Source of the DNA: Marsupella aquatica
Taxonomy: Eukaryota > Plantae > Marchantiophyta
DNA: 64,000 nucleotides
Reading direction: 5' to 3'
Assembly: GCA_973895155.1 (NCBI GenBank)
Contig: OZ316894.1
Location: 13,308,828 to 13,372,827 of the forward strand
Shown in pieces: positions 39,845-53,762 of the stretch (positions are counted from its first letter, which is position 1; every line of letters starts with the position of its first letter). The notes below the pieces were generated by a model. It made no database searches, was not told the origin of the DNA, and saw only the letters and a program-made list of their open reading frames with translations. Position numbers and translations under genes: made by a program.

Positions 39845-42800
39845 ATGAAGGTGAAAATTATTTCTCGGTCTGAGGATGACTTCACCAGGGAACGGCGTCA
39901 AGACTTGCAGGTGCGTTCTTACGCTCGGTTTAGGTCTAGCTTGGACCATGATTCTCCGCACATTAAAATTCGAATTCTTCATGTCTCTGTATTGTTTCCT
40001 CGATCGGTCGATGTATAGACTATCTTTGGAAAATGGCTTTCTGCTCGTGGAGCTCAGGTCTTTCAGTGAACTCGCAGAAAGTTTTTCGTAACCTTGATCC
40101 CCGCCTACATCCACAAGAACGAGCTCATGAATATACACGGGCTTTGATTGCTGCAAAGCTGGAAAAGGTAATGTTCCTACTGTGCGTCACTTATCTCAGA
40201 TTGAGCAACCGTAGGGTTGTCGTGGTAATCCTTGGTCGCTATTTTCTCATTTCCTTTCCAATTTCAGCAGAGGGATATAATTCAATGGTCACTCTCTAAT
40301 CAGGTCTTTTCCAAACCTTTTGTTGGAGCAATGAGTGGGCACAGAGATGCCGTTTCTTGCATGTGCAAAAACCCCCGAGTCTTGAACTGCTTGGTTTCCG
40401 GTTCGATGGATGGAGGTATGGTCCCATTGTCTGTCTTAAGCAGTCAATTTCCTCTTTATCGAAAAGGTAATCGACAATTTCCGAGATTGGGGATAGTTTG
40501 ACGATTGAGTAGAACCTATGACTTCAGTCTCAACGGCATGATGTATTGTAGTGACTATTCGATGGTACTTCTTTGAAGCTCTTCTCGTTAGCTATCCTTG
40601 GACATGTTGAGAGGGGCTGTTTGTGAAACCTTTGTTAGGATAATCCATTACAGCTTCATTATACTTCAGTTGACGTAAGATTTGGTCACATCTCGATTTT
40701 CCCTCATACTTTGTCTCGAACCATCTCACCTTTTTTTTCATGTATAACTGCAGACATTCGGCTTTGGGATGTTACTCACAGGTTGTTTCGTTCGTTGACT
40801 TTTTTGTCGACCTTATTCATGTCTTCTATTTCCAGTTTTTAGTTTGTTGGATTTAGGGTGACTGATATAGGTTTTGAGGTATATTTCGTTCCCGAATATT
40901 AACAAGCCGGGAGACTTACGTCGTGTGTGAGTCTGTGCTGGACGTGCATGCTGATTTGCGATATGTTCCTGCAGGGAAATGTTGACTCAGTTTCCTGGCC
41001 ACACAGGGGCTGTGCGAGGCTTGGCCGTTTCATCAGATGGAAGGAATCTCCTTTCTTGCGGGGATGATTGCACGTATGCTGTCCATCTTTGATATCTCCG
41101 TTGTTTTCAGGTGTTTGCCTTTTACTCAGTTTGAACCGCGGGCAAATAGTTTATTCCACGGTAGTATTTGATCTCTCAGACCTCTGAGTGTCTTCAATTC
41201 AGGGTGAGGTTGTGGGAGCTTCCAGGACCTCGTGGTCCCTCGCGGGAGGATGGAAAGGAGGAAGAGGTATCTTTTCCAACGAGACACTTTGTCTAGATGA
41301 GCCATCTGTGCAAGAAATGTAGAGATTTCCACTGCCTATACCATCCCTTTTGACACTAACAGGGTTTGTAATGCAGCCAGTTGCGATTTTCCAAGGGAAG
41401 AATGCTTTCAGGTAACTTCTTGGACTGTCGGTCGTTCGTATGCGATGTGTTTTGTTGGATGACATGAGTCAGCTTGTATATCGCAAGCAGGTTTGGAATA
41501 GTCTTGCCGTCATCCAGATATCTGCTGTCACTTACCACTGAATATTCTGCCCAGGGCGATTGATCACCACTGGAACAGTAGCCAATTTGCGACAGGTGGT
41601 GCCCAGGTTGATATCTGGGATCAGAATCGGTTGGTACTTTCTGTACTTTTTGTTGAGAGTTTACTTGACCTGTTTGGCCTCAGTGATGGTTTCTGTTCCG
41701 CTTTAATAATGAGTGTTCTGAGAGCTTGGCGTATGCTAAGGTCGGAGCCTGTGAGCACCTTTTCCTGGGGAGCAGACACAGTTGTCTCGGTGCGCTTCAA
41801 TCCTTCTGAGCCTGACATTCTTGCCTCTACCGCAAGGTTCGTGGTTTGTTATCAGCTGTTGCAAACTCAGTCCTTGATTCTTGTGCTTCTACCCGTGTAC
41901 CACGTTTCACTGTCTCCTTCCGAAATCGATCTAGTTCTGTCGCTCTAGCGTTACCCTGTATTTTCCAACCGAATTCATGTATGTGTGCAGTGATCGCAGT
42001 ATTGCACTTTATGATTTGCGGATGAGTACTCCGCTAAGGAAGCTGATTATGCAGGTATGTTTCCCTAGCATTGTTTGCATCTTTATATGTGGAAAGAGCA
42101 GTTTCATGTTTATCTCAGTGGTCCGATCATTCTTTTATGAATTTCGTTTCGATAAATTTGAGCGCTAGTCAGGTTTGTTGTAGAACATTTAATTAATGGC
42201 ACTTGAGAAAGGACAACAAATTCGATCGACGTTCAGGATGGATTATTACAAGTTCAACTCTAAATCGGAGTCCATCATGAAGGTGCTTGCCAAGCATTTC
42301 CTTGGAAATGCGTTTACTGACCCAATACTATTTGAGACTTGCAGACTAGAGCGAATGCTGTTGCCTGGAACCCGCGTGAAGCGTTTAATTTTACAGTGGT
42401 ATGGCTTTTATTTACAACTCGTTTGGTATAGCTAATTACGCAGACTTGATATTTCCCTTGTCTAGACTTGTTGTCTCCGCATTGCTGTAACAGTTGTCGG
42501 AGATTTCCAATGTAGATGCAGACTCACTCGCATTGAATGTTTGGGTGGATACGTGTGACTCAGGCTAATGAAGATTGCACCTGTTACAGTTATGACTTGC
42601 GCAAACTGAAGAGTGCAACTTGCATCCACAAGGATCATGTGTCCGCTGTGTAAGCCTCTTGAAGTGTGAAAGCACTGTGTTAAGGTTGCTTTTGACCAAG
42701 ATTGAAATTCATCTGACAAATTGGGCTGTTCTTGAATTGCAGGATGGATCTTGATTACTCACCAACTGGAAAAGAATTCGTGACAGGCTCATATGATAGA

Positions 42801-44005
42801 ACTGTGAGTGCATTACAGACTCATCTGGATTTTTGTCTTGTTATGAGTTCAACTCATCTAAGAAGATAGCAAGGCCTTTGGCTTTTAAACCGTAGAACTG
42901 ATGGTTTGGATGAATCGATATCTGACGTAACGATCGAATTCCTGTGTTGCAGATTAGAATCTTTGCATATAATGGTGGACACAGCAGAGAGGTCTATCAT
43001 ACGAAGCGCATGCAAAGGTTTATCTTTAAGATGTTGTTCTTGATGTTCTAAGAGATCTTATGGCATACAAAGAATCTGGAGGATAGTCTAGAATCTGCAC
43101 TCTCAAGTGTATACCCCCACAGGATTCGCGCAAGTAGACCTTCGACTAGCAACTCGAGAATTTTCGCCTTCTGAAGTTGCTAGTACTGGGTGTTAGCCTG
43201 GGCTGTCCTTTTCCCTGAGTCGATATGACTACTGACTACTTCTCTTCTTCCTCTCAGGGTTTTTTGTGTACGGTACAGTGGTGATGCCTCGTATGTATTA
43301 TCAGGGAGTGATGACACAAATATTCGCCTGTGGAAAGCTCAAGCATCAGAGCAACTTGGAGTGGTGAGTACGGTTACGCATTGAGTTTGGGATAGGACTT
43401 ATTGATCAACTCGCTGACTCTTGAAGTATATAATTGAATTATCCCCCCCCTGCAATGCAAAGATGAGATATTAACTGGAATTTCAATGTCTGACATCGCT
43501 GTACATGGATTCGGGCAGTTGGTACCCAGGGAAAGACAAAAACAAGCCTACTTAAATGCTGTGAAGGATCGCTATTCGCATTTGCCAGAAATGAAGCGCA
43601 TTGAGCGGTGAGTAGTAGAGTTCTTGATTCTGTTGTAGGGTTGTTTCCCTCCAGCATGTTGTTTGTGGGAAAGATTGTTATATTTCCAGGATTACTTAAA
43701 ACTGGATATGATTAGCTGTGATGAAGGTTTTGTGTTAGATGTACAGTCGAATTCTGTTCTCAATATGTTTGCCGAGAATTTTCTCGTCTGTCTGCCATGA
43801 CAAATCGGTGTGCAAAAGTTTCTAAGGTGGTTGTACTTCCAGACATCGCCACTTGCCAAAACCAATTTACAAGGCTGGCAAGCTGCGGCAATATGTTCAA
43901 GATGCTGAGAGTAAGAGGGTGAGCAGAAAACGGGCCCACAGTGCTCCTGGTGCAGTACCACATCTGTCTGTGCGGAAGAAACGAATAGTAACAGAGTTGG
44001 AGTGA
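39845..44005 (+). CDS. DCAF13: DDB1- and CUL4-associated factor 13 / Sof1 WD40 protein (U3 snoRNP/SSU processome), 17 exons
   Basis: Approximate exons, all GT-AG: 39845-39910, 40078-40167, 40304-40415, 40754-40781, 40975-41073, 41203-41266, 41377-41411, 41555-41629, 41740-41836, 41991-42054, 42345-42398, 42564-42649, 42743-42803, 42953-43017, 43258-43363, 43518-43607, 43843-44005. Motifs MKVKIISRS, RNLDPRLHP..RAHEYTRAL, VFSKPF, YHTKRMQR, SGSDDTNIRLWKA, RHRHLPKPIY. Confidence 0.96.
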
Positions 44006-44439
44006 GGTATTCTTAGTCAAGATGAGTACAAACAGAGAAGGGACATTGTATACATTGTGCAAAAGTGGTCCCACCAAAAGGGCGCTGGGACGCTCGTTTT
44101 GTGACCCTTGTATATTACTTTTATAATTGGGACAAAATAAATGCATGTCCATGGTGGGTGTTCTGATATTAGTTGTGTCAATTCTCTACTCAATTGAAAT
44201 TAGTTTGTGTAACCCTTATGCCTCTATGTTTTAATTATTGTAAGGAAGGTAATAAATTATTGTATAAAATTACTTCAAACATTCATTTTTTGTTAGTTAG
44301 GTGATTTCCATAAGTCTAGGGTAATAATAGTAAGGGGTCTAGTTAGAGACTCTTGCAAATTCATAAGAATTTCATGCCATCGATTTTATCACCTAATGAT
44401 AGTGAAAATATTTGCGAGACAGTCTATCACTAGAGGGAA

Positions 44440-44680
44440 GTTGAAAATGCTTGTTAGACAAGCATGAAAGTATGAAAGTCATGTGTGGTTGAGATGCAAC
44501 TTTCCAGAAAAGTATGAAAGTCATGTGTGATTGAGATGCGCAAATGATCCATATTCTTTAATGTCAAATTCAAATAAAAACCTTGGATAGTATTTTTAGA
44601 CATTAAAATAGGTTGAAAATGCTTGTGAGACAAGCATGAAAGTCATGTGCGGTTGAGATGTACGAATGATCTATATTCTT
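44440..44680. repeat. Local imperfect direct duplications
   Basis: GTTGAAAATGCTTGT..GACAAGCATGAAAG and ATGAAAGTCATGTG blocks repeated 2-3 times. Confidence 0.7.
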
Positions 44681-44749
44681 TACAGCTTTTTACTAATCTA
44701 TCCCCCTAACTAGGCAAAATTCCTGTCCTGTCCCCCAAACAGTTTTATT

Positions 44750-47029
44750 TGTCAGCTTGCCCCCCTTTCTGTATATGGGTTACTTTTAACTCATCACCGG
44801 GTTCCCGCTGCCACATGTGAAGTCACGATTCGACATCGCTAACCAGCCCGGATCTCCCTTTCCCCCCACCCCTGCCCTGCCGTGGGCCATCGCTTTGGTC
44901 CCGGGGAGCTTTGGTTTTTGGGCAGGACCCCTCTCAGGTGCAGCCCTGCAAAGGGGAAACTGTGACCCGGGAGCGGGAGCCCCGATGGCCCGATCGCTTC
45001 CCTCTTGAACCCCTGCCCGTTTTGCCTGGCCCTCGACACCTCTCGAAAGGAGATCAGCATTTTTCTGCATGGCGATCGTTTTTGCTCACGACAAAGGCTC
45101 GCGAATGTTTACACATTCGCCCCGACCCTGCATTGCACTCTCGAAGTTGCAGCGCCACACAAAGAATCAGTGATTTTGCACAGGAAAGACCGTGGCGAAC
45201 CTGGCGCGCGTGATTGACTGCTGGCTGATGGCATGAAAGTCTGTTTTGTGCTGCTTGTTCTGCCCACGTTTCTAAGCAGCATTTTTTGCCCTCGTCTTTT
45301 GCCCCAATATTTTTTGCCTCGTTTCTACGCAGCATTTTGGAGCTAGTCGCCCTGCAGCACACATAGGTCAATTAGTGGGTTAAATTAGTTTTAGGTTAGA
45401 TTTTTTCTTTTTTGTTCTAAGTAAGCATATTATGCCTGTAAATGAGTGGGAAGTAGAAGTGAAACTGAAGTAAACTCTCTTCAGTAAAGCAGAGTAAGAA
45501 AGTTTCATTAGTTTAAACCACGATTAACTTAACAGTGGATTAGATAGGTAATCAGATCCTTAGAGTTTGTAATTTAGGCTGAGATTTTTTCTGAAGGTTC
45601 TAGGCAGGCCCTGGAGAACCCTTGTAAAAGTGCAAGTCATTTCGACCGTTCAATTAGATTGAAGCTATTTACAGTGGAACAAAACTTAAAATAGCCAACT
45701 TGCAGGACCTAGGGAAAATAGCCAGAGAGCAAAAAATGTATTTTGAAGGCTAGCCATGGTGTTACTATACCTAACACTATCCCTTAGAATTACTAAACCT
45801 AGTTTTGGACTTATAGATACTTTTTGGGAGTGGTCCGAATTCTGTAAAAGTAACTATGAATTATGACGGATTGCAGACTTTGAACAATTATAGAAAAGCC
45901 AAGTTTAGTTATATATCAATTCTAAGAATTGTTTTAGGAAGCCCTAGGGCTAGGAAAGCCAGGAGTATGTTCATAATAGTTTTTTTTTCTTATGAGTGAG
46001 TTTTGAGCTATAGGTGAAGATGGCTAATGTTAAATGCCATATGTAGCACTTAAATGGAGACTTTGGAGGAACTTGGAGGGCCATTGGAAGTTGATCCCTC
46101 TACTATTTTTAGAGCTATTTGGTAGATAGGGATGACTGTACTTTGGAGGTTGACTTAGTCCCTGAATTGGAGGGATAGGACAGCCAAGTCAGGAGGTGAG
46201 GTGGACTTGAATGAAGGGTTGAAATCAAGGAGTTGATTTAGGCTCAAAAGGTCACCAACTAGCTCATTAGTTAGATAAGACAAACAAGTGAGTTAGTGAG
46301 ATAGTTAGGAGGATAAGTAAGGATCTTTGACCCCCTTGAAAGGTGGACTGGTCTTTTTTTTAGTGGTGAGTCACTTGCTGGCCTTTGGGTGGTTTTGGAC
46401 TTTGTGATGAGTTGGAGCCAAACAAGAAGTACTTAAGTTGATCTGAGTTACTTTGTGTGGGTCCAAGTACGGAGAATCAAGGAGTAGCACTAAGAGACCT
46501 TAGGGGAACTACGGTAGATGTTCTAAGGGTACTAGAACTCAAGTGTATGCCTTGAGGCTTGAAAGGACCATAGTGTTAAGTAGTAGGAGTTGAAGAAGCT
46601 AAAGTACAACAAGTAGGTAGTGACAACCTACCCATGTACTTTCTTTGAAATTCTTATGAAATTTCAGCGCATTTCCGGGAAAGAAATTGTTGATGTGCAC
46701 TCATCTGAAATCTTGAGGCCCTTGTGGTCTAACATGTTGCTTGTATGATCTTGTTAGTCCAGAAGTCTTCTCTTTGGGTAGGAGAGACCTAGATTAGTTG
46801 TCTTGCCGGGTAGGGGGACATTTCCAGCGGTGGAAACCAAAGAATATCCATTTATGGTGACGGAAACCAAATACATCTGCACAGACTCAAGGAGAAGCAA
46901 AGGCTTAATGGAAATAAAGATAGTTCCTTCTTATGGAACGCCTCTCCCGTAGTTCATGGTGATAAAGAGTTATCAAGTGCAAGCTTTTAGTACAATAAGG
47001 CTTATTAGCTCATAAGCGAGGGTCTGACA
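44750..47029. mobile_element. LTR-like remnant ending in CTGACA
   Basis: Subterminal motif shared with 3500-3652; no pol domains seen; left boundary uncertain. Confidence 0.35.
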
Positions 47030-48136
47030 CTTTTCACCACCACTGAGCGGCACGGGAACACTATTTTGTGGGAGACATTCTCATCACCATTGAGTTGTAG
47101 TGAAACATTGTTCTGTGGGAGAACATTCTCACTTTCACTCAAAACATGCACCAAGCACAATGTGATTTTTGGAGGAAAACACTATGCTCTTTTCGTTCTC
47201 TCTATGCCCTAACTAACCGTACCTCACCTCACCTCTGCTGTGCGCAACGACTACGTACTTGCACTTGTACTCCATCACAAAAATTGTTGGCCCCGCCATA
47301 AATTCTTGTGCAAAATGACCCAAGAGGTGAACGAAGGAAAAAATGAGAAAATGCAACGTCAACTTACAAAAGCTTTGATGTTTTTTGAGAAAACATCAAT
47401 CCAAGACCCCATAAAAGATCAAGTCGAGCACTTAGACTCCATAGCCAAAGAAATTAAGCTATAAAAGCAATATTAAACTTGATATTACTTCGCACTCGAA
47501 TAACAAAACTCTAGAAATTTTTGCCAACACGTGGTTCTTGCCGATGCGCAAAATAAAATGCAAGATTGTCCAATTGACTGTACATCAAAATCCATAGACA
47601 CATCCGACACTTTTGATGTGAAGTTTCAATTGAGAAACTCATTTTTTTTAATGCAAAATCTCCAATGCACAACGACCAATGACATAATCACACAATTGTT
47701 GACAACAATAAAATCTTTCACCCTGATTCAACACAAAGAACACTTTCACCACTGTTCAAACAATCGAATGTCAACCATAAAGCTCTAATATCACTTGTAA
47801 AAAATCATCAATTCTAGACTAGATATCAATGTAAAACATAACAACATTCAATCTCACACTATATAAACAAGACATCACAATGGATAAACTACTAAAAGAT
47901 CCATAACTCATGAGATAATATATGTGAAAAATGAAAGAAAGAATACTCTTACTCCGGACCTAAACAATTGAATTTTATCATAAACAAACCAAGTGTCAAT
48001 TAACCCTAATAAAACCAAACTAACTTAAGCCAATCAATTCCTAACCATTTGACTTACATAGTTGCCTCTTCAATCACACCTGAACAATTACTGCAATATC
48101 ACATGGGTCCCAGTCATCATTGTCTCCTATTCTTTC

Positions 48137-48352
48137 CCCAAGTTCACAATTCACTTTTCTTTCATCTTGCTCAACAAAACAAATGGGCACGCTTCCTCTT
48201 TCCCCATAGTCCTAAGTTCACAATTCACTTTTCTTTCATCTGGCTCAACAAAACAAAAACAAATGAGCACGCTTCCTCTTTCCCCATAGTCCCAAGTTCA
48301 CAATTCACTTTTCTTTCATCTCGCTCAACAAAACAAATGAGCACGCTTCCTC
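48137..48352. repeat. Tandem repeat of about 75-80 bp, 3 copies
   Basis: Unit CCAAGTTCACAATTCACTTTTCTTTCATCT..CTCAACAAAACAAATG.GCACGCTTCCTCT. Confidence 0.9.
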
Positions 48353-49968
48353 TATCAGCTCTCTCGCTTTCTTGATCTGTCATTTCATCTCTAATCAGTC
48401 TGAATTTCCATGATACGATTCACTCCTTGGCTTCCTCTTCTAGAATGGAACAACTTTCAAGTCAAAACGTCTCCATGCGAAGTAATAGAGCCCTCAATTC
48501 ATGAGTCCCTTCCCGAATCTTCACACATAGCTTGTGCTCCTTACAACGCAGCAATCATGTATCCGTTCAATTCTAATCGTTCTTGTTCCACTCAATCTTG
48601 CCGAGAACCTCTTTCAGCCTCCATTGCCCTCCGCTCTCTGCTTTCCCCTCGCCTCCCACACATATATAAAAAATCCTATCACAATGCCAACAAAGCCTTG
48701 CCCGCAAGTCCGGAGCTTCCTAACCTCCGCGCGCTAATGCCCTTCATCCTTCGAGATCCCGTTACACATAAACTTTGCCTCTATCCTTAAATGAATCTAG
48801 TCCGATTCTTCCATAAAACAGAAAACTTCCATGTAAAGGTCTCCTCTCATAGCCGATGCTCCCATAGCCGATGCTCACAGCTAGCATAAGCATGTCTAAA
48901 AGAATAAAAGGTTCATCTCACTGTTCAGTCTTCTACAGTCAAGTCTTCTTGCCCTTCGCCCTTCAATTTTCAAACTCCCTACCACGACCTAAACCCTAAA
49001 CCTAAATCTCCTTGTAAATCATCCTGAGCATTCTCATTCAAATTCACACAAAGCAGCGCAATTTAGCTTCACGTTCTCAATTCCTTTCCGCAACGGCTGC
49101 TTCAACACTCCATAGTCTACGCAACATGCAACAGAACAAATCAAAGACTCCATCCGCATACATGCATCATTCATCGTTTGAATCGCTCTTCATTTCTCAA
49201 TCTTCAAAGTCTCTGTGTTTTCTTCCCTTCACCGCAGCCTAAAAAAGAACGCTCATAACGAGCGCACACGTTATAGCTTTCCCCGATTTAACTCTTCCAG
49301 ACCGACTCCGTTGATTGTGATCTTATTATATTCACCGAATGAGAACATTCACCATGATAGCTTTATTTTGCTTTGCACATCCTTCCGCTTTAGACAGCAG
49401 GCATTGTTCCCTCACATCCGATCACTTCCAACATTCTCGACACCATACTCATTTCAGCCGAGCCCCTTTTCCTCGAGCTCCCTGTTCCTTATCTCTTCAA
49501 CAAAACAAGAATTTACTTCAGTCCTTGAATATCAAGTTCACTTCGGATTGTCGCCTCATCTTCTTGTATCATCACACTTCCTTCGCAAAAATCCACTAAA
49601 CTCCCTGAATTTCATAGGCTAGTGATTCCCTTCCCGGTTCTCTTCGACGCACAAAATGCAGCGTTTCTTCTGCATTCGATCAGAGACTACATGATGCTGC
49701 CCACTCAATCAGCATAGAGTGCAATCCCTTCCGTAGATTTCCTCACTCGACATCCTTTTCGTATACCTCAAAAATTTCAACCACAATACCCCACAACACA
49801 ACGCAGCGCACCACTCCATACAACACAATTTTTTTTCTCACTCCACAGACGTCGATCACACCCCCAAAACAGCGCGCGCGTCCAACTTCAAAATCTGCCC
49901 ATGATGGACAAGTCACCCACACCTCCCCATGTGTTGCAACCAGAATTTTTTCTTCACTTTATTCCTTA

Positions 49969-51431
49969 CTAGCTCAATACCCGTGCCTTGCACAAAAGAT
50001 GTCGTGTCGCCCAAGATGTAGTTAAGAACAAATATGTTGTGTCGCCCAAGATATCGTTAAGAACAAATATGTTGTGTCGCCCAAGATGCCATTAAGAAAA
50101 AAAGATGTGGTGTCGCCCAATATGTCGTTAAAAAAGAAAATGTAGTGTCGCCCAATTGAAGATGTCATGAAGACAAAAATGTTGTGTCACCCAAAATGTC
50201 ATTAATGAAGAAAAAAGATATAGTGTCACCCAAGATGTTGTTGACAAATTTTTTTTTGTGACACCCAAGATGTACTTAAGAAAAATGATATTGTGTCAAC
50301 CCAAGATGTTGTGGCACCCAATATGTCCTTAAGAAAAGAAATGCCACGTTGCCCACGATGTGGTTAAGAGAAAAGTTGTTGTTAAGTAAAAAAGACTTTG
50401 TTAAGACAAAAGTTGCACAAAAGATGGTGTGGTGAGAAAAATATGTTGAGGTGAAAATAGATGTTGAGGTGAGAAAAAGAAGTTGAAGTGAGAAAAAGAT
50501 GTCGAGGTGAACAAAGATGTTGATGAGAAAAAGAGATGTTGAGCTAAGAAAAAGAAGTAGAGCAAAAACTATGTCAAGGAGAGAAAAGATGACAATGTGA
50601 GAAAAATATGTGAAGATGAGGAAAACATGTTGCCGTGAGATAAAAATGTGAAGTTGAGAAATAGGTCAGATTTTGAGGTGAAAACAAATGTCAATGACAA
50701 AAAGAGATGTTGAGGTGAGACAAAGAAGTCAAGGTGATGTAGAGGAGAGAAAAAACATGGCGAGGTGAGAAAACAATATTGAGGAGAGAAAATATGTCAA
50801 GGGTGAGGGAAAGATGGTGTAGTGAGATAATGATGTCAAGGTGAGAAAAGATATCAAGTCAGGTGAGAAAATATATCAAGGACCTAAATGATGTTGAGGG
50901 TGAGAAAAAATTGTCGTGAGATAAAACTGTCAATGTCAGAAAAAATGGTAAGATGAGAAAAAAATGTCAAGGCAAGGTAGAGTTGTTGTGGTGGTGTGCA
51001 ACAACTCGTGCACTGCAAATAGAAATTGGAGGCTGAGATAACAGTCACTGCAACATAGAGTCCAAGCACAACCAAGTGGTAGAAAAAATATATTTTTTAT
51101 TTTAGATTTCTAGAGAAATTAATATCATATATATATAAATTATTAATACTCAAGTTTTTTCAGAACTTTAAAGTTATTATCCAATTCTTTAAGTCTCAAT
51201 TCTAATAATTTAAAGGAATAATATTCAATATTTTATTTTTTATCTTGGTTGGGTTTGGGTAGGCTATGGGTAGCTTGGGCAGAGGTAATTGAGATTAATA
51301 GAGATATGGATGGATCCTACATTTGCAGAAAAACAAATTTTTACTTAAGACCTAGGATTGTTCACAATTTTTCTTGAGTTTGTAAATAATATCCATATCC
51401 ATTTTTAGCAGATATGGTATATCACTTATGA
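49969..51431 (-). mobile_element. Non-autonomous Helitron with two internal minisatellite arrays
   Basis: Minus-strand 3-prime end GTGCAAGGCAC hairpin, then CTAG followed by T; 5-prime TC after A at 51431. Contains ~35-bp TGTCGCCCAAGAT repeats followed by ~19-bp GATGTTGAGGTGAGAAAA repeats. Confidence 0.75.
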
Positions 51432-52008
51432 TACTCTTGCATACAAGTGGGTTAGGTACCTTTTTTGTCTTTTGTTCCCACCATTAGATTCTTTTTCGTG
51501 TGAAAAGTGCATGCAAGAGGGTTAGTTACATTTTTTTGTTTTTTGTGTCCACCAATTGATTACTGTTTGTGTGAAAAAATTTCCTGTACTTTTTGGTTCA
51601 CTCTATATTTAATTTGCTTTTGGTTTTATCCCTTCTGTTTATTGCTTACTTCTTTTCTTGGCACTGTATTTTTGGATGACGATCACTGCATAAAAAGGTG
51701 CAACCTTGTATTATAGAAGTTATTTCCTTCTTAAACTATATTTCTCCCTCTTTAGTCTTATTGCACAAGAACACCTTAAAAGTCACTCGAACTATCCCTT
51801 TAAGTAACCAGGTCAAAACATGTAGTTCCATTTTCCCTTCCAACTCCATTTTCCCGACGACACCAAGGCACCAGGAGGAAAGGGGGCAAAGTATCACTCC
51901 TCCAGCTTTGCACCCGACGGGCACGTTGACAACGGCTTCCTTCTATGAAGGTGCCTCAGGCCAGAGATTGCGGAGCAGCTGGAGTTCTAGAGGTATAACT
52001 TCCATAGG

Positions 52009-52170
52009 ATGGAATCGAGAGGAGACATATCTATGGCACTGGTAACTCAGGTGGAGAATTACCAGCTAAGGAGGTGGGCTTCCTTCTTTGCAAATAAGTT
52101 CCACGAGCAAATGGACTGGTGCAGGAAGACCTTGTACATTGGGGGCAAGGCACATATGGCCAACCATCTC
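52009..52170 (+). pseudogene. Fragment of a TE accessory protein family
   Basis: ESRGDISMALVTQVENYQLRRWASFFANKFHEQMDWCRKTLYIGGKAHMANHL matches 28420-28760 by eye. Confidence 0.5.
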
Positions 52171-53599
52171 GAGCCGTTTCAATGGACAGGACCCCCCACA
52201 GTGCAATGTGCCGGAGATCATTGCATCCAAGTGGGTCTTCCCAGACAATCGAAGGCCCCAGCCCAAACCAAGGAGCCTTGTAGCCTTGCGGGCCAGTGCC
52301 AATCCGGACCCGATACCCTATACCCTAAACCCTACCTCTGTTTGGGCTGCTAGCCGTCTCAAAGCATGGTACCCTTAAATTTTGCTGATCTGCATGGCGA
52401 CCAGGCCCATATATTGGACATATTTCTTGGCGGTCACACGACCAAGAGCAACACTGGTTTGAGACTATTGAGGTAGCCAAAGTTAGGTCTTGGAGTACTG
52501 ATTGCGACGGTAACAGTTTGTTTTCATAGAGATTTTGACCAGCCAGAATGATTCTATTTATAACATTAATAGTGTTTAGGATTGAGGTGCTAAGACTAGG
52601 TCTGGAGTTTCTACAGCTACAGCTTGTGTTCATACATATTTTGGCCAACCAGCCAATCTAAAAATTAAGTGGCCTTAGGTCTGCCAAACCTGCTGAAGGT
52701 ACTCTTTTGCTGTGGACTTAGGTCTGCCAAACCTGCTGAAGGTACTCTTTTGCTATGGACCGTTCGTCCTGTAGTCTGTTTTCTGTCCCTTGATCTGACC
52801 TCAGGTTGGCAGTTCCCTCGCCAATGCTTTGGGTTTCTTTGTTAAACTCGTTGGGCATCCCTTCCCATTGTGGACTCCCCTGTGTTTCCCCCTGGAAGTT
52901 TTAATGTTATAAAAACTACTCTTAGGATAAGTTTACAACACAGAGCTGCTTGAAAACTGGGGCTGTTTATTTAGGAATGCAGATGCAATGGGGTATTTAT
53001 GGACCCCACTAGAGGTCCCTTCCAAAATTCGAGACTCTACAGTGCACCACGTCATCATGACGCGCTCCAAACAGGTATGGATTGGTTTACAAAATAAATA
53101 AAATTATTTCACCGTTCGTGTTTGTGGCAGGATTTTGGTAAAATTGAGGACGCCATGCCGTAAACCTTGATGTAAAAATGTTTGAAAAATAACCGGTTTA
53201 TTTACCCTATGTAACAGACTGTTCAATTAGTAGGAGGCCCACCTTCTGTGTTTTTTACCCTGAGTAACCGCTGTCCACCCGCATTCTGAATTGTGTTTCA
53301 ATTGAATAATAACTAAATCTCTCTCGGCAAGTTGATCTGATGACAAAGTAATCGTGGCAATTTTCTCGACCTTCTGCTCCCATGAAGGAAGAAGTGGACA
53401 TGATTCTATGTTGGATCACTCAACACTCCTTTCCATGGCGTGGACATGATTCTATGTTGGATCACTCATCACTCCTTTCCATGGCGTCATCATTGCAGTT
53501 CCTAACTCGGTGATGCCTCTCGCTACTGTTAGATTGTCCAACGCATGAGGCATGAGCGAACGAAAGAGAAGCAAGCTTAGCAGGGTTCAGTAAGGGCCT

Positions 53600-53728
53600 T
53601 GTCTACGTGCACATGGTGTTGAAGAGCCTGGGCATGAAAGAAAGACATAGTTATAAGAAGTGTCAACAGATGATCAAGTGAGTCGATGCGGACGGTAATG
53701 GGAAGGTGGACTTTCAGGAGTTCAAGGG
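53600..53728 (+). pseudogene. Calmodulin-like (CML) EF-hand gene fragment
   Basis: HMVLKSLGMKERHSYKKCQQMIK*VDADGNGKVDFQEFK: a canonical EF-hand loop with an in-frame stop. Confidence 0.7.
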
Positions 53729-53762
53729 GTCCACAAACTAATTACTTTTAGGTACAATTGTT

